DNA of 64,000 nucleotides from Takakia lepidozioides (taxonomy: Eukaryota; Plantae; Bryophyta): the NCBI GenBank assembly GCA_030704615.1, contig CM060732.1, forward strand, positions 34,348,001-34,412,000, read 5' to 3'. Position 1 is the first letter of the stretch. Each line of letters starts with the position of its first letter. The notes under the pieces were generated by a model that worked only from the letters and a program-made list of their open reading frames with translations, was not told the origin of the DNA and did no database searches. This document shows positions 38,459 through 49,801 of the stretch, piece by piece. Both the position numbers and the translations under genes were made by a program.

Positions 38459-39109
38459 TGTGGGTTTACATGTTGATGCCCCTCATCAAGAGACGAGTCA
38501 TGGACCCACCGACCAACACTCATGATCGCACAAAAATAGTCTATTTTAATACCAAACTTCTTGGGCCCAAGAGCTGAGAGTTGGGTCTCCATTCTAGGAG
38601 GTTCCTTTTTCTTGGTCCCGCCCAAGAAGTTGGCGCCAAAACTTGTGCCATGTAGGTGCCACGTAGGCAAATGACCCACTTCCATTTTCTTGGGCTCGGG
38701 CTGTAAAGCCGTCGGGCCCAATTTTCAGGCCTCCGCCAATGGGAATGCTCCATTCTCACTTGGTCTTGGGCTTGGGCCCTAGTGTAAAGCGGCCCTTAGA
38801 CCCTTTCCTAAGATGCTTCCAATTAATGTCTGTGGATTCCATGTCAGGGGAGGCTGAAGATGGGATTCCATCGGTGTTTCCAGAAGTGAGGTATGGAATC
38901 TGCCCATCTACAGGAGTCTGTATCAACGCAACAACAAATGATTCCTCCTCCCCCATGATCCCTGAAGGAAGCGAGAAGAGCTGCCTTTCCCTCGGGAACC
39001 TGTCAGCTTTTGCACACATTTTTTGCCAGGCAAGCCTAGCAGCAATGGTAAGGTCATAGAAATTGTAAGTGAGGATTTCTATACACGAGAAAGTGACATT
39101 GTTCAAGGT

Positions 39110-41054
39110 TGCTGGTTCATTTCCTCTGTCTGGCTCCTAGGGCGGATGTCATAAAAACAATTAAGGCTCTGGTGCGGAACTTTATCTGGGGGGCTACCAA
39201 GCCTGATCAAACTGCAGAGCTCTCATAATCTGGAAACAAATTACTCAAAAAATAACAATGGTGGCCTGGGTATCATTGACCTCCAGACTCAAATATGTGC
39301 TTTGTTGGCTAAGCATCTTTTCCTTGGAGTTTGATTGTGAGATATCATCTCCTTAACGCCTACCCCTCACCATCCAGTTCATGACAGCCCTCTCTCTGCT
39401 GTATTGTTCAAGGAGGTTCTCAAAACTCTTCACCAAACATAGGGTTTGCAACCTGTTGATCAATCTGGAAAGCTTGGGTTTCAATTAGACCATGCCAAGT
39501 TCTGCTGAAGAAGCCCTTAGACAACCTCTTTTTGGGAATTATAATCGGGATTCCGAGCTTCTCCTCATGTGCTCAGATAAAGATGAGCGCATTGGGATGC
39601 TACCGGTATCTCAAATTTCCTTCATCTTTGGGAGAATGGAGCTCTTTTGCCCCCCTCGGTGACCACTGCTCGCCTGTTCTCCATAAGTCTAGCATCTGCG
39701 GGATGGGATCCTGTCACCCTTGATCTTCCTGCCTCTTGGATCTTCCTGAACTACTTCCCTACCAACAAAAGGGCACTTCTTGCCTGGCTCGAGTACGACA
39801 GTGGGGTATTCAAGCCTGCTTTCTTTGCTCTTATGTCTCGTTCGGGTTCTTTGCTTCATGGTTGGAGGTTTCAAGCCTCTCTCTTGGGTCTCTTGCACTC
39901 CCCCTCATTGGAAACCCTACATGAAAGGCCCCTTTATGCCATTCGGGTTGTTTGACTGGCTTCGGGTAAGGTTAACCCATCTGCCGATAATGGGTGTCGC
40001 AGTAACCCTTTCTTCCACTAGTTTTTGCTAGCCCCCTTGGCCTTGTTCCAGTTCGACCTTGGCAAATGGATTTGGAGATTTTTTGCATCTTCTGTCAAGT
40101 TAATCTTTACTGAATCCCGTTGTTTCCCTCGATGACAAATGATCTTTGAAATGGTCTCACTTGGCTGATTGCCCTTCTTCTTGGAAGGTAGTTGGGGGGG
40201 ATGTGGGGAGAAAAGACAGAGAGCATGGGTTTCTCTGGAAGTTGGTAAATAGGATCCTGCCAGTGCAAGGATGTCATCAATCTCATCCCTCCCCTTGTCT
40301 TTCATGCGATCTGTTGGTGTCTGCAACCATTGAGCATTGCCTTGTCAGTTGCCCTATTGCTAGGGCTTCCTGGACCAAGGTTTTGGCTTTCTATGCCCCC
40401 TGGAACCCGTGTCAGCTGGCTGCCCTTCTGTTATTATGCTCAATTGGTCACATGGAGCTCTTTGGTCCTCTTGTCTAGTCTGCGCTACTATTAGAGCCCA
40501 CACTCTTTGGTATATTTGGAAGGCAAGATGTGCTCTCATTTTTGCTGATAAACCAATCTGTTTTAGGACCATATTGTTCAAGACTCACTCAGACATTATG
40601 TCTAAAGCTCGTAAGGCCTAGCAGGTTTTGGAGTAACTAAACAAGAGGAGGCGATCTCAGCTTCTCGCTGATTTTGATAGCTCATGGGGGAGGGGAACTA
40701 CAATCTGCTCGACGCGAGGATATGTTGGTACGACGACATTCCATCAGGCTAGCAGCTCTCTTAGTACTAAACGTTCTCCATTGGAGGGAGATGAACCCCA
40801 GGTTAATTGGAGGGGTTAATTGGAGGCGTCAGAGATCTTTTAGAAAAAAAAAATCTAAGATCCAGCTCTCCTCTGACAGTTTTAGCAAGAAGTAGAAATG
40901 CTTCTTCCTTCTCTTCCACGGTTGGACTGCTTTGGTTTTTAGGTGCTCAGACTTTCTGGTTGTTGCTGAGATGCTCTTTTCTTGACCTTCGGGGTTCTCC
41001 CCTTTGGAGTGTCCACTCCCTTTTCCTATAAACAAATAAATTTAAAAAAAAAAA
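39110..41054 (+). mobile_element. L1-like LINE, 5'-truncated ORF2 3' part with poly(A), degenerate
   Basis: Fragments IKALVRNFIWG, NGGLGIIDL, zf-RVT FLWKLVNRILP...CLSC...TIEHCLVSCP and LWYIWKARCALIF. A-rich tail at 41030-41054. Many stops and frameshifts. Confidence 0.85.
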
Positions 41055-41177
41055 CAAGACACATCCACTTAGCAACTTGGTGGATGATGTAACTCAAAAT
41101 TTCTCGAGGGCTCAAAAGTGGCATAGACACATTGCTATGATCAAGTCACCAAACATAAGTGTAGCACACAGTTATAC

Positions 41178-41821
41178 ATGCAGTTGGACTGGCATGTCCA
41201 TTTCTTAATACCAGATGGGTCGTGGTATGAAGGGTTCTACCCCTATTTTCATAACAGGCTAGTTTAGGTATCTATACAGGTGCGAGCAAATTGGGTATGC
41301 ATCTGGTATGAGTATTGTATTTTGGGCTGTATATATCATACTAGTATTGTCTTTTTTTGAGTGATACTGGGGTACATGAGCACTGGTATGGTATTCTATT
41401 GCTCACCATACATAGAAATAAATGTCATTAAGCACCCAGCTAATTGTAATCTAAACTATGACATTAGGTAAAGGCAACCCAAAGTAGCATGAAACAGCAG
41501 TGAGAGGCAAATGAAGTCTGAATTGCGAGGGAGCTTTAAATTCACAAAATGGTATTACAGATTACCACTGGCTACACTAACATATTCTCATACCTAGCTC
41601 CATCTGCCATGAACTCGCCGCAGTACTGGTATCAGGGCCATGCTATGTCTGCGCCTCCCCAGACTGGTCTGGTATATGTGGGTGTAATTGAAATTACTCT
41701 CCACAGTGCGTGTAACACCGAAGTCCATTGGTTCATTCTTGCCCGGCTGGTATGTTCTTCAATACATACTCACACCTGTATTCAATACCTAGGTTCAACC
41801 AGGTGTACCAGTTCAACACTG
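41178..41821. mobile_element. decayed hAT MITE of the CTGGTAT family
   Basis: Right end TACCAGTTCAACACTG (41806-41821), degenerate left end CAGTTGGACTGGCAT, internal CTGGTAT repeats as in 22600-23108. Confidence 0.6.
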
Positions 41822-43365
41822 ATGTATACATGTTGTAACTGTAGCCGAACTTGTAGTCATATTACTAATTTGAGTAGACAACATGTAGACATTTGCACTA
41901 ACTAGTCACACATCTGCACTATACTACAGAGGTTTCCTTTGTCAGCTGAAAATAAAAACCTTTTTGAAACAACCGCAGCACATTGCAAGAAGGATTTGAT
42001 TATTTCAGCTGCTATGTATCCATTGCCACAGCTGCGAGCAGTCAATAGTTTGAAGGACACTGCAGAAAAAAATACAAAAGAACTAGCATTCATAAGACAA
42101 ATGTGGTTCCAGGAGTTAGGATCATGAAGGTGACAGCTGTCCCTTGTGCACTACAAATACACTGCACCCCAACTTGAAAAATTCAGTGAGACCAAGATTC
42201 TATGCACTGATTTGCATCTCAGCTACCTACCTGCTAAGCCAGACAATTTCATAGGACTAAACTTAACAGTACATCAGGTCACCCCTCCTTGTTTCTGATT
42301 TGTTCCATCATGTCCCTAAAGCACATCATTGGTATGGCACCCTGATTTATTGGTCAACAGACCTTAGGACATCAACGCCAGCCCTCACCCTTTCTCAATA
42401 CCCTCTTGTAATATTGCCATGAGTTGTGTGCAAGCACTACAGAACTGCAAAGCTGATAAACCAAATGCCCGCATACTGATTGGGAGATTCAAGGAAATCA
42501 CAGTGACATGTCCAGAACGCACTGGCTATGCGTCCATAAGCTGGGGCATGTCTGAATATGGAAATGGTGAGCATAGAAAAATTGTCAGATGGGTCAAAGA
42601 AGGTTACAATAACATCTGTAACTCACCACGGTTTAAACTAGTCTGCTGTCAGAGTTGTTGCCGACGTTGCGATGAGCAATTGTAGACAGATGCTAACAAG
42701 AGATCAGGGCCCTCTTGTTCTCAATAGAGTCTCATCTATGCACCTGACAATTTCCACCACAGAGAAAAGCTCAGGGGCAGTATTATAAGACAGAAGGACA
42801 GGGACTTCAAAAGCGTGCACGATGACACATAGGAACTCTGCTCTGAGACAGTTTGAAGAAATAGTCAGCTACAGTAGTGTAGGCAAACCTTTGTTAGATC
42901 TACTCATACCCCTGGACGTTTCTGAAACTGAACAAGAAGAGAGGCATTGTGAGTTTGACAATTTGCCCACCCTCCAAACCAAAAGCCTTAACCCTTAACC
43001 CAACAACAGTGACAAATTTAGTGCATGGTTCCCTCAGCTGGTCAATGCCTTGAATCCACATGCGCCCACAGACAGCCTGAGACAGGACACATCGCTACAC
43101 CCATCCCCCCAGCAGAGAGGAGGGAGCAATGCTGCCAGTCAGTCCACTGTGCAAGCTTCAGATTACTAAATGTCTCATCATCAGGATGGCACTAAACAAG
43201 GACTAAATCCTTTACTTGTCACATGCAACAGTTGGGTACACTACACAAACAAAAACAGTACCATTGTCACTGATGTAACATGTCCACACTGCTGTCGGGA
43301 AAAGTTTGCTTACATAGTATAGTCTAAGTCCCAACAAAAAGCTTTACCTCTGCCCCAGAAAAGCC

Positions 43366-46174
43366 CTAGAAGTTCAACAGAATCCTGTCCTTTGAAACAC
43401 CATCAGCCAATAGCAGTGATGTCACATCCTGCACCATCACACATACAGGAAGCAGAACAGAATTACAGGTGTGCTTATACAACTACATTATGAAAGCAGC
43501 GAAAGCAACTGCAAGAAGGAATTTTGGTACCCCACATTAGGGGTTACTCTTCAATAGGCACTACATCATCCAAGCAAAACAATTGGACAAAAAATCATCT
43601 TCTTAGATCTCCCCGACCATGACTTGAGATGACTGCCACTTTAAAATAAAAATTAACAAACAAAATTACTGACATCCGATACATGCTATCTTTTGACCAA
43701 TCATCCTGGAAATCATTTCTGCTGCCAAACCCTTGACATGATCCCTTGCACTCTAAACAGGAAGAGAGTGAACTTAGAAGAAAGGTGGATAATCACAAGA
43801 CCTGTGCCATTTCTTTTTGGCCACAGAGGAATGCGCCTGCCTGTGCTGCATTTGTGATGTCCTTGGCCTTTGCAAAGGCTGCCTGCAAACCATCAGATCT
43901 CATTTAAGCCATAGTCATATGGAGACTCCATATGGGGAAAGGTGGCAGGTGTGAGGAGAGGCATTTTTCTGATGGATCATTCAACCACAACCATCCAGAG
44001 GTCAAGATGGAACAACATTATAAACTGAGCTTAACCTGGACATAGCCCTGCTCCCCAGTCCAGCCATCATCAGGCGCAGAGAGCACTGGCACCACTTTCA
44101 CGCCCGATGCCTCCCACTCCCTGAACTTGTCCTGTCAGCAATAATCACCAACTCTGAGGGCAATGCCTACTGGATAAATGTGAGAACAGTAAGATTGGAT
44201 CTTTTATCACACCGACCCAAGCAGAGCCAGTCCCCATCAGATTCTTTGGACGTGGGTTGCAAGTTGCAAAACAATGTCATCTGAAAAGACAATACAACTT
44301 TAAACTCAAGGCAGAGGCCAATAAAACTTCCAAGGGTTTCAGGCATATAAAACATGCAGACAGGATACCATGTCTAAACCCACCTGGTAAGCCATCCGCT
44401 TCAGATTATGAGCGCCATAATATAGCCGAACATCCTGTCGTCTGTGGGCATCAAAACCTGCCTCCAAGAGTGAGCGAATTGGACTGTCCTGGACAGTGAG
44501 CCAATGTCAACACCCATGTGTCGATGGATTTGCCTTCCTTTTCAGAATTTCTAAGAATGGTAAGTAAAAACACAATTGGGCCTTTGCTTCTTATTCTTTG
44601 AACATTGGCCCTTGGATATCTTGGTTACCTCTCACATTGGATATGTGAGAGCCCTCTAAACTCACATTTGAGAGCTAACCAAAGATTTACGAATAGTCAA
44701 AGTTTCTGTGCAAAAATGAGAAGAATAAGATAAATCATAGAGAGAGGGAATGTACTCATAAGATGTTTGACGTAGCCTTGTGGCCATAGACCCCATGCCC
44801 AGTTTGAGCGGAACAAAAGGGAACAGACACCACCTTTGTGAGGGGCTCACTCCAGTTGTGGGACTTACCAAGATAACGACAATTACTTATAGCTTTCCAG
44901 ATATCCTTAGAAAGACCTTCACACAAGCAGAGAAAGAGAGAGAGCAAAAGACAATGTACCTGATACCTGACCCGGTAGCAAAGAGCAATACAGTAGGGAA
45001 CTCCTCTGCAGGAGCCACTTGCTCGACCTGGAAGCCATTCCCCAAAACTTGGCTAAGCTCTACCTTGTCTCCCTTTCCTAGGCTACAGAGAACACCAGCC
45101 GTGGTGCCTTCTACAGACTTGATCAAGAATTCAAGGGAGCCCTTCGCAGATATCTTTGGGGGGGACGCAATCGCCAAAAATGCTGGCTTACTGTTCCCAA
45201 TTCTGACCTGCCATCAAACAATTTGTCACATTCCATACACATTTTGTACAATGGAGGTGTAACACATACAACTAAAACTAACGAGTTAAAATCCAGACCA
45301 CTTTTGTGGTTCATTACTGAGGGTTAGGAGTCTTCAAACCTGAGTGATTTAAAGGACAAGGACAGAGACACTAAGTCGCCTCAACTCAGACAATTACCAA
45401 TGGAGAGAAGAAATCACCTGAATATGACGATAAGAAATGAACAGAAAGGAAGATGGTTAAGCAATCTCTCCATTACAATGCCCGCCAACAGTCATGAAAC
45501 TTGTGGGGCTTACAGTCTGCAAGGCTTGCCATTTTTCATTATCTCTGCAAGAGTGAGAGAGAGAGAGAGAGTTGACAATCACAATGTGCTGCTTGTGCCA
45601 GCCACTTGACCCAGTTTCGAGGGATTGAACGTCGATTTGAGGGCCGGTAACGAGATACAAGGAAGGAAGTAGTCTTCTGGAAGTACGCAATTGGCTGTAA
45701 TTTGCGTACGATAGTCCCATAGATTGCATACAAAGGGAATGAGTAAGGAAGGCGGCTGGCAGAAGCACTGGCCTGTACAAATTGGCCAGCTTTGGTGTGT
45801 CCCTCTATAAGCTCCCGGTTACCACTTATGTCTAACACCACATGATAGAGCTGCTCCGCGGCGTTGCCAATCTCCGCCACAGGTGCCTCAGCCCACAAAA
45901 CCTCCTGCTTCCACACCGCCCGAGCTACTCCCCCACCAGTCCTTCCACCATGCTTTCTACGAGCACCAGCAGCTTGCAGCGCACTGCATCTTCGCAGGAC
46001 GCCCAGATTCAAGCCGACCCTGGATCCTACCATAGCCCGAGCCCCAGTAGCAGCCCCAGCTGCAAGGGAATGTTGAACATGCAGATGAGAATGGCAGCTC
46101 AAACCACAGGATGAGGATTCGGCCTTGATGCAAGACGGTAACATGCCACGGCCGAGGGTGGAAATGGTGGCCAT
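43366..46174 (-). CDS. FNR-like FAD/NAD(P)-binding oxidoreductase, plastid-targeted (fruit protein pKIWI502-like)
   Basis: Six exons: 46174-45773 (GC donor), 45207-44960 (AIASPP, LLFATGSGI), 44483-44384 (SPIRS, LYYGA), 44131-44036 (WTGEQGYVQ), 43882-43802 (LCGQKEM), 43428-43366 (ILLNF*). Confidence 0.92.
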
Positions 46175-46229
46175 GGTGCTGCGGATCCTCAGAAAGAGAT
46201 GGGGACTGTTGGCACACTGAAGCAGGGTT

Positions 46230-46237
46230 TAGGGTTT
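46230..46237 (-). promoter_or_regulatory. telo-box (AAACCCTA) upstream of the oxidoreductase ATG
   Basis: TAGGGTTT within CAGGGTTTAGGGTTT, ~55 bp upstream of the start codon. Confidence 0.4.
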
Positions 46238-47132
46238 CCTGACCTAGCCATCCCGATTTTGCATTGCCGAATACTTAGACCTAATTAGTTCACCCCGAAT
46301 ACATTCCTGTAGAGCCATTTAACTTAGAAACGGATTTCCCTTTCCCCCCCTCCTTGGTTTTGGAATGTACATATCTGAAGTTTAGGTGGCCAACATCACA
46401 ATGCAAGGAGGGAAATGAGAGCTTTGTACACTTGAAACCAGGGAGATTTGAGGCTTCCATACATGAAGGGCATTTTGTTACAAGATTCCTTTTGCAGCTG
46501 CGCAGGAACACTGCAGAGTTCTCCCTAGCAGGACAGCAGGATAGGCTTTTGAAAGTATTTCCTGGCGTTATAAAATGTCCAAGGTTGCTATATAAGTCTA
46601 ACTCATCTCCCTATCTATCTGCTATACAGCAAGTTTCTAGTTTGATTGAATATTGCTCCAGAACCAAGGGTGCCTGGCAAGTTTCTTACATATGATTTGG
46701 AATCATGATGCAGCAGAAGTATTCCAGCTCGGTGTGCCTTTGGTTGGCAAGGAAAGGGGCAGTGAGTACACATTGCTTATGGATCCATTCATGCACACAG
46801 GGAAAGAGGATGACATGTGGTAAGCCTTGCAGCCAGAGAGCTCATGGCATAGAAGCCATTTGGGTTGGGTAAGCAACATCTCCAAGAAACTGTCATGCCT
46901 CTTGCTTCCAGACTCGGTTATCTTCTTGTGAGTTCAAAGAAAAGAGAAACATCAGATGAGAATATGGAGGAGCATTTTTTTCCGATCAGTCAAAACATTT
47001 CAGTTTGCCCATAACTTCATCCACATTTTCTCTTAAAAAACTGAAACCATCAGTTTAAGACTACACCAAGTACAAGCACATTTAGCTTCATCTCAGAGTG
47101 ATTTTAACATATGATATTAAAAGATGAAGCAC

Positions 47133-49433
47133 TTATACTTCCGTGAACTTCATTGGTGGGTTGAACTCAGACTTTGCACCCTCGTCCAACCCTGTTGCTG
47201 GGGTTGGAGGGTTAGATGGATAAAACTCAGGTCTCTGACGGTCTGTCCTCTCCTGACTGGACAGGTCACCTCCAAACCACCGGTCAAAAGGGTTTCCAGA
47301 CCGATCATCACCATTCAGGCCGAAGATGTGAAGAAAACTTTGTGCCATGTCTTCAGTCTCTCGAACCAAATCCTCGAAGGCCCCAAATAAACCCCCTGGA
47401 TGGCCCTCTGGCCTCTGACTGAAAGAAGGTGGAACAGGCGAACTTGACAAAGAATCACTGCCTTCACCTCTTTCACCAGACCTTCTTGACCACTTGGAGT
47501 CCATCAATAGCCTTGGCACTTCTGCAGGAATGGGATTACTGCTCTCCCACATGCCCCCATTTTCCGGGTCTCCCTCAGTGTATTCAGTCATGGACTCCAC
47601 CACTTCCACAGGCCTGGCAAAACAACGGACATAGACGGTCACAGAGTATTGCAACAAGGGAGGGCAACAAAGGTGGAGGAAAGGGGAATGGGACCAAAAG
47701 GTTTCTCCAATTGTGCTGGAAACTATAAGGACAGGGTAAATGGCATTCGATCCTTCCAAATTGTGTAGTTTATATTTGAATCTGGGTAAAGGGAAATTTG
47801 CAGAAGGCTTTGGCCACTGTCCTGGAAATTCTAAACTGACCAGTTAGACACAAGGAAGGACAAAGCAAGCATAGGATCAGAAAAGCCCTCCAGCCAGAAT
47901 TCAACTGGAGTATGATAAGGGAGGTTGCACAGCTGGAAGTACAACTAGAAACCTGCCTCATGTAGTGCTGTTCATCTGAAACTATTGAGCACGTTCTTGC
48001 CACAAATGTATCAAAAATTCCATGCTCTGCTATCATAAATTAATCTCAGCACTTCACGCTCGTTAAGAGATTCTTTCACACGGGGACACAGTTTTCTTCA
48101 CAGAGAAAATTCACCGCTTGTTAGAGCTGGTGAAAACTATAGTGCCTCGACCTCTTCAGAGCTAGTAACTCCAACACGACAGCATCAATATTTCATGCTG
48201 TAATCGGGGCATTTCATTTCCCCCTGGAGACTAGAAACCCGGAGTGATAAATATGCCTCCCCACTGTGGCTGGATGGATGATTTGGCATGCTCTCAAACT
48301 TAGGTTCATTGCATTGATAGCTTGGTGGTTCTCTCATGGAGCCAAAGTTTAATCAAACTATCTGTTGGAAGCTAGTTATTATGAGGTTCATTAATTGATC
48401 ACTTGTATTTGAACATCTCGCTTGACTTCTATAGTGTAAAATGCTCGCTCCCTCAAAAGCAGTCGTCCACTGAAAACAGAAGCAGGGGTTTTTTGATCGA
48501 TTACTGTATGAAAACGTGGACCAGGTGCGAAATTTCCTCCTTTATAGGAGGCTTCCCACAAGCCAGAGTTGAGGATTTCTTCTGGGCAAGTACTGCTGTA
48601 ACCCATAGTCTATAGGGACTATCAATCCTGCTGTACAGGTCTTCATAAAGATAGTTCAGACTTCCAGGCCCCGCTATTCAGCCAGTGATCGAAATTCATG
48701 CATCTATTGGGCTGTCTCTAAAGTGGGTCCTGCGATCAGATCTTTCCAAAGGCTTCTTCTGATAAAATCTTCCCAAAAGACTTTGCTCGCAGCTTGGATA
48801 CCCTCAATGAAAGAGAACATAAAAACTATTCCTGATTGAAAAGAGAGTCAGAATCCAGTCACAGACATAGACAATCAAATTTCAAGGATCATTCCCTGTG
48901 GATCATGTCTTATGATTAGTGAACGGAATTTAGCCATACAATGGATAAACCCTGGTTCAAAACTTCGAATCTTCCTAAGCCTGGAAAGATTACACCAATC
49001 CAAAATCTTTGCATGGCCTATGGACGCGTTTTCTGCCGCTTCGTTGTGGGGGAGATGAATTTAACCCGGCTCTGATCATGCTGTACAGCACTAATGATCG
49101 TTGAAAAAGTGACGGCCGAGGGATTACAACACCTAAATGAACTGTATGTTATAGCCAAGAAGGGTAAGTCGGTTCGGATCCAGATAACCAGAGCCTAAAG
49201 TTTAAAAGGGCAGAGACGATCCACCTGCCAGGGCACCGCCGCAAAAGCTGCTCAGTCCTCTCGCATTTTTGAATGGGATTCCCGGTTGTGTCACCATGAA
49301 CAGAGCACGAGTATTTTTATTCTGCTGAAGTGCAGGGTTCCTTCGGATCGAACTTCCTGCCACTACTGATCCCTCTTTCGGAAAGCATCGTCGAGAGTTC
49401 ATCCTCACCCTCCTGCTGGCTCACCGCAGCCAT
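47133..49433 (-). CDS. Mal d 1-/Fra a 1-associated protein homolog; in-frame TAA in exon 1 (pseudogene or assembly error)
   Basis: Exon 1 49433-49225 (...QKCERTEQLLRRCPG, AG|GT) joins in phase to exon 2 47613-47133 (RPVEVVESMTEYTEGD), matching the family motif KCEKTEExLRxCxGxPVEVVxSxxEYTEDD. TAA at 49319-49317. Confidence 0.7.
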
Positions 49434-49801
49434 CGCATAGAATCCGTACAATCTTCGTTCGATCACAGAAAATACTATACCAAATAGAGATCGGTATATG
49501 AGAAAGATGGAACACGTGCACAGAGTCAGAGGCAGACAGTCTGAGAAAGAATCCGGTACGCAGGAGCTCTCCTGAAAGAATGTGAGGGGACGTCCATCCC
49601 TAGAGAGATCTTTGAGGAACCGGGGTCTTATGAATCGCGGGTAGATTGCTGTTCATATTGCCTCAATCCCGCCCGCTGAGATAAGGGAAATTAGATGACT
49701 TGATTAGCCCCTAATTAACATGATTTAGTCGAGCCTGTTCATGTTAAAAGGGAAACGCAAACAGTTCGAGAGACCCTGACAGAAAGTGAAGAATTCCTTA
49801 C

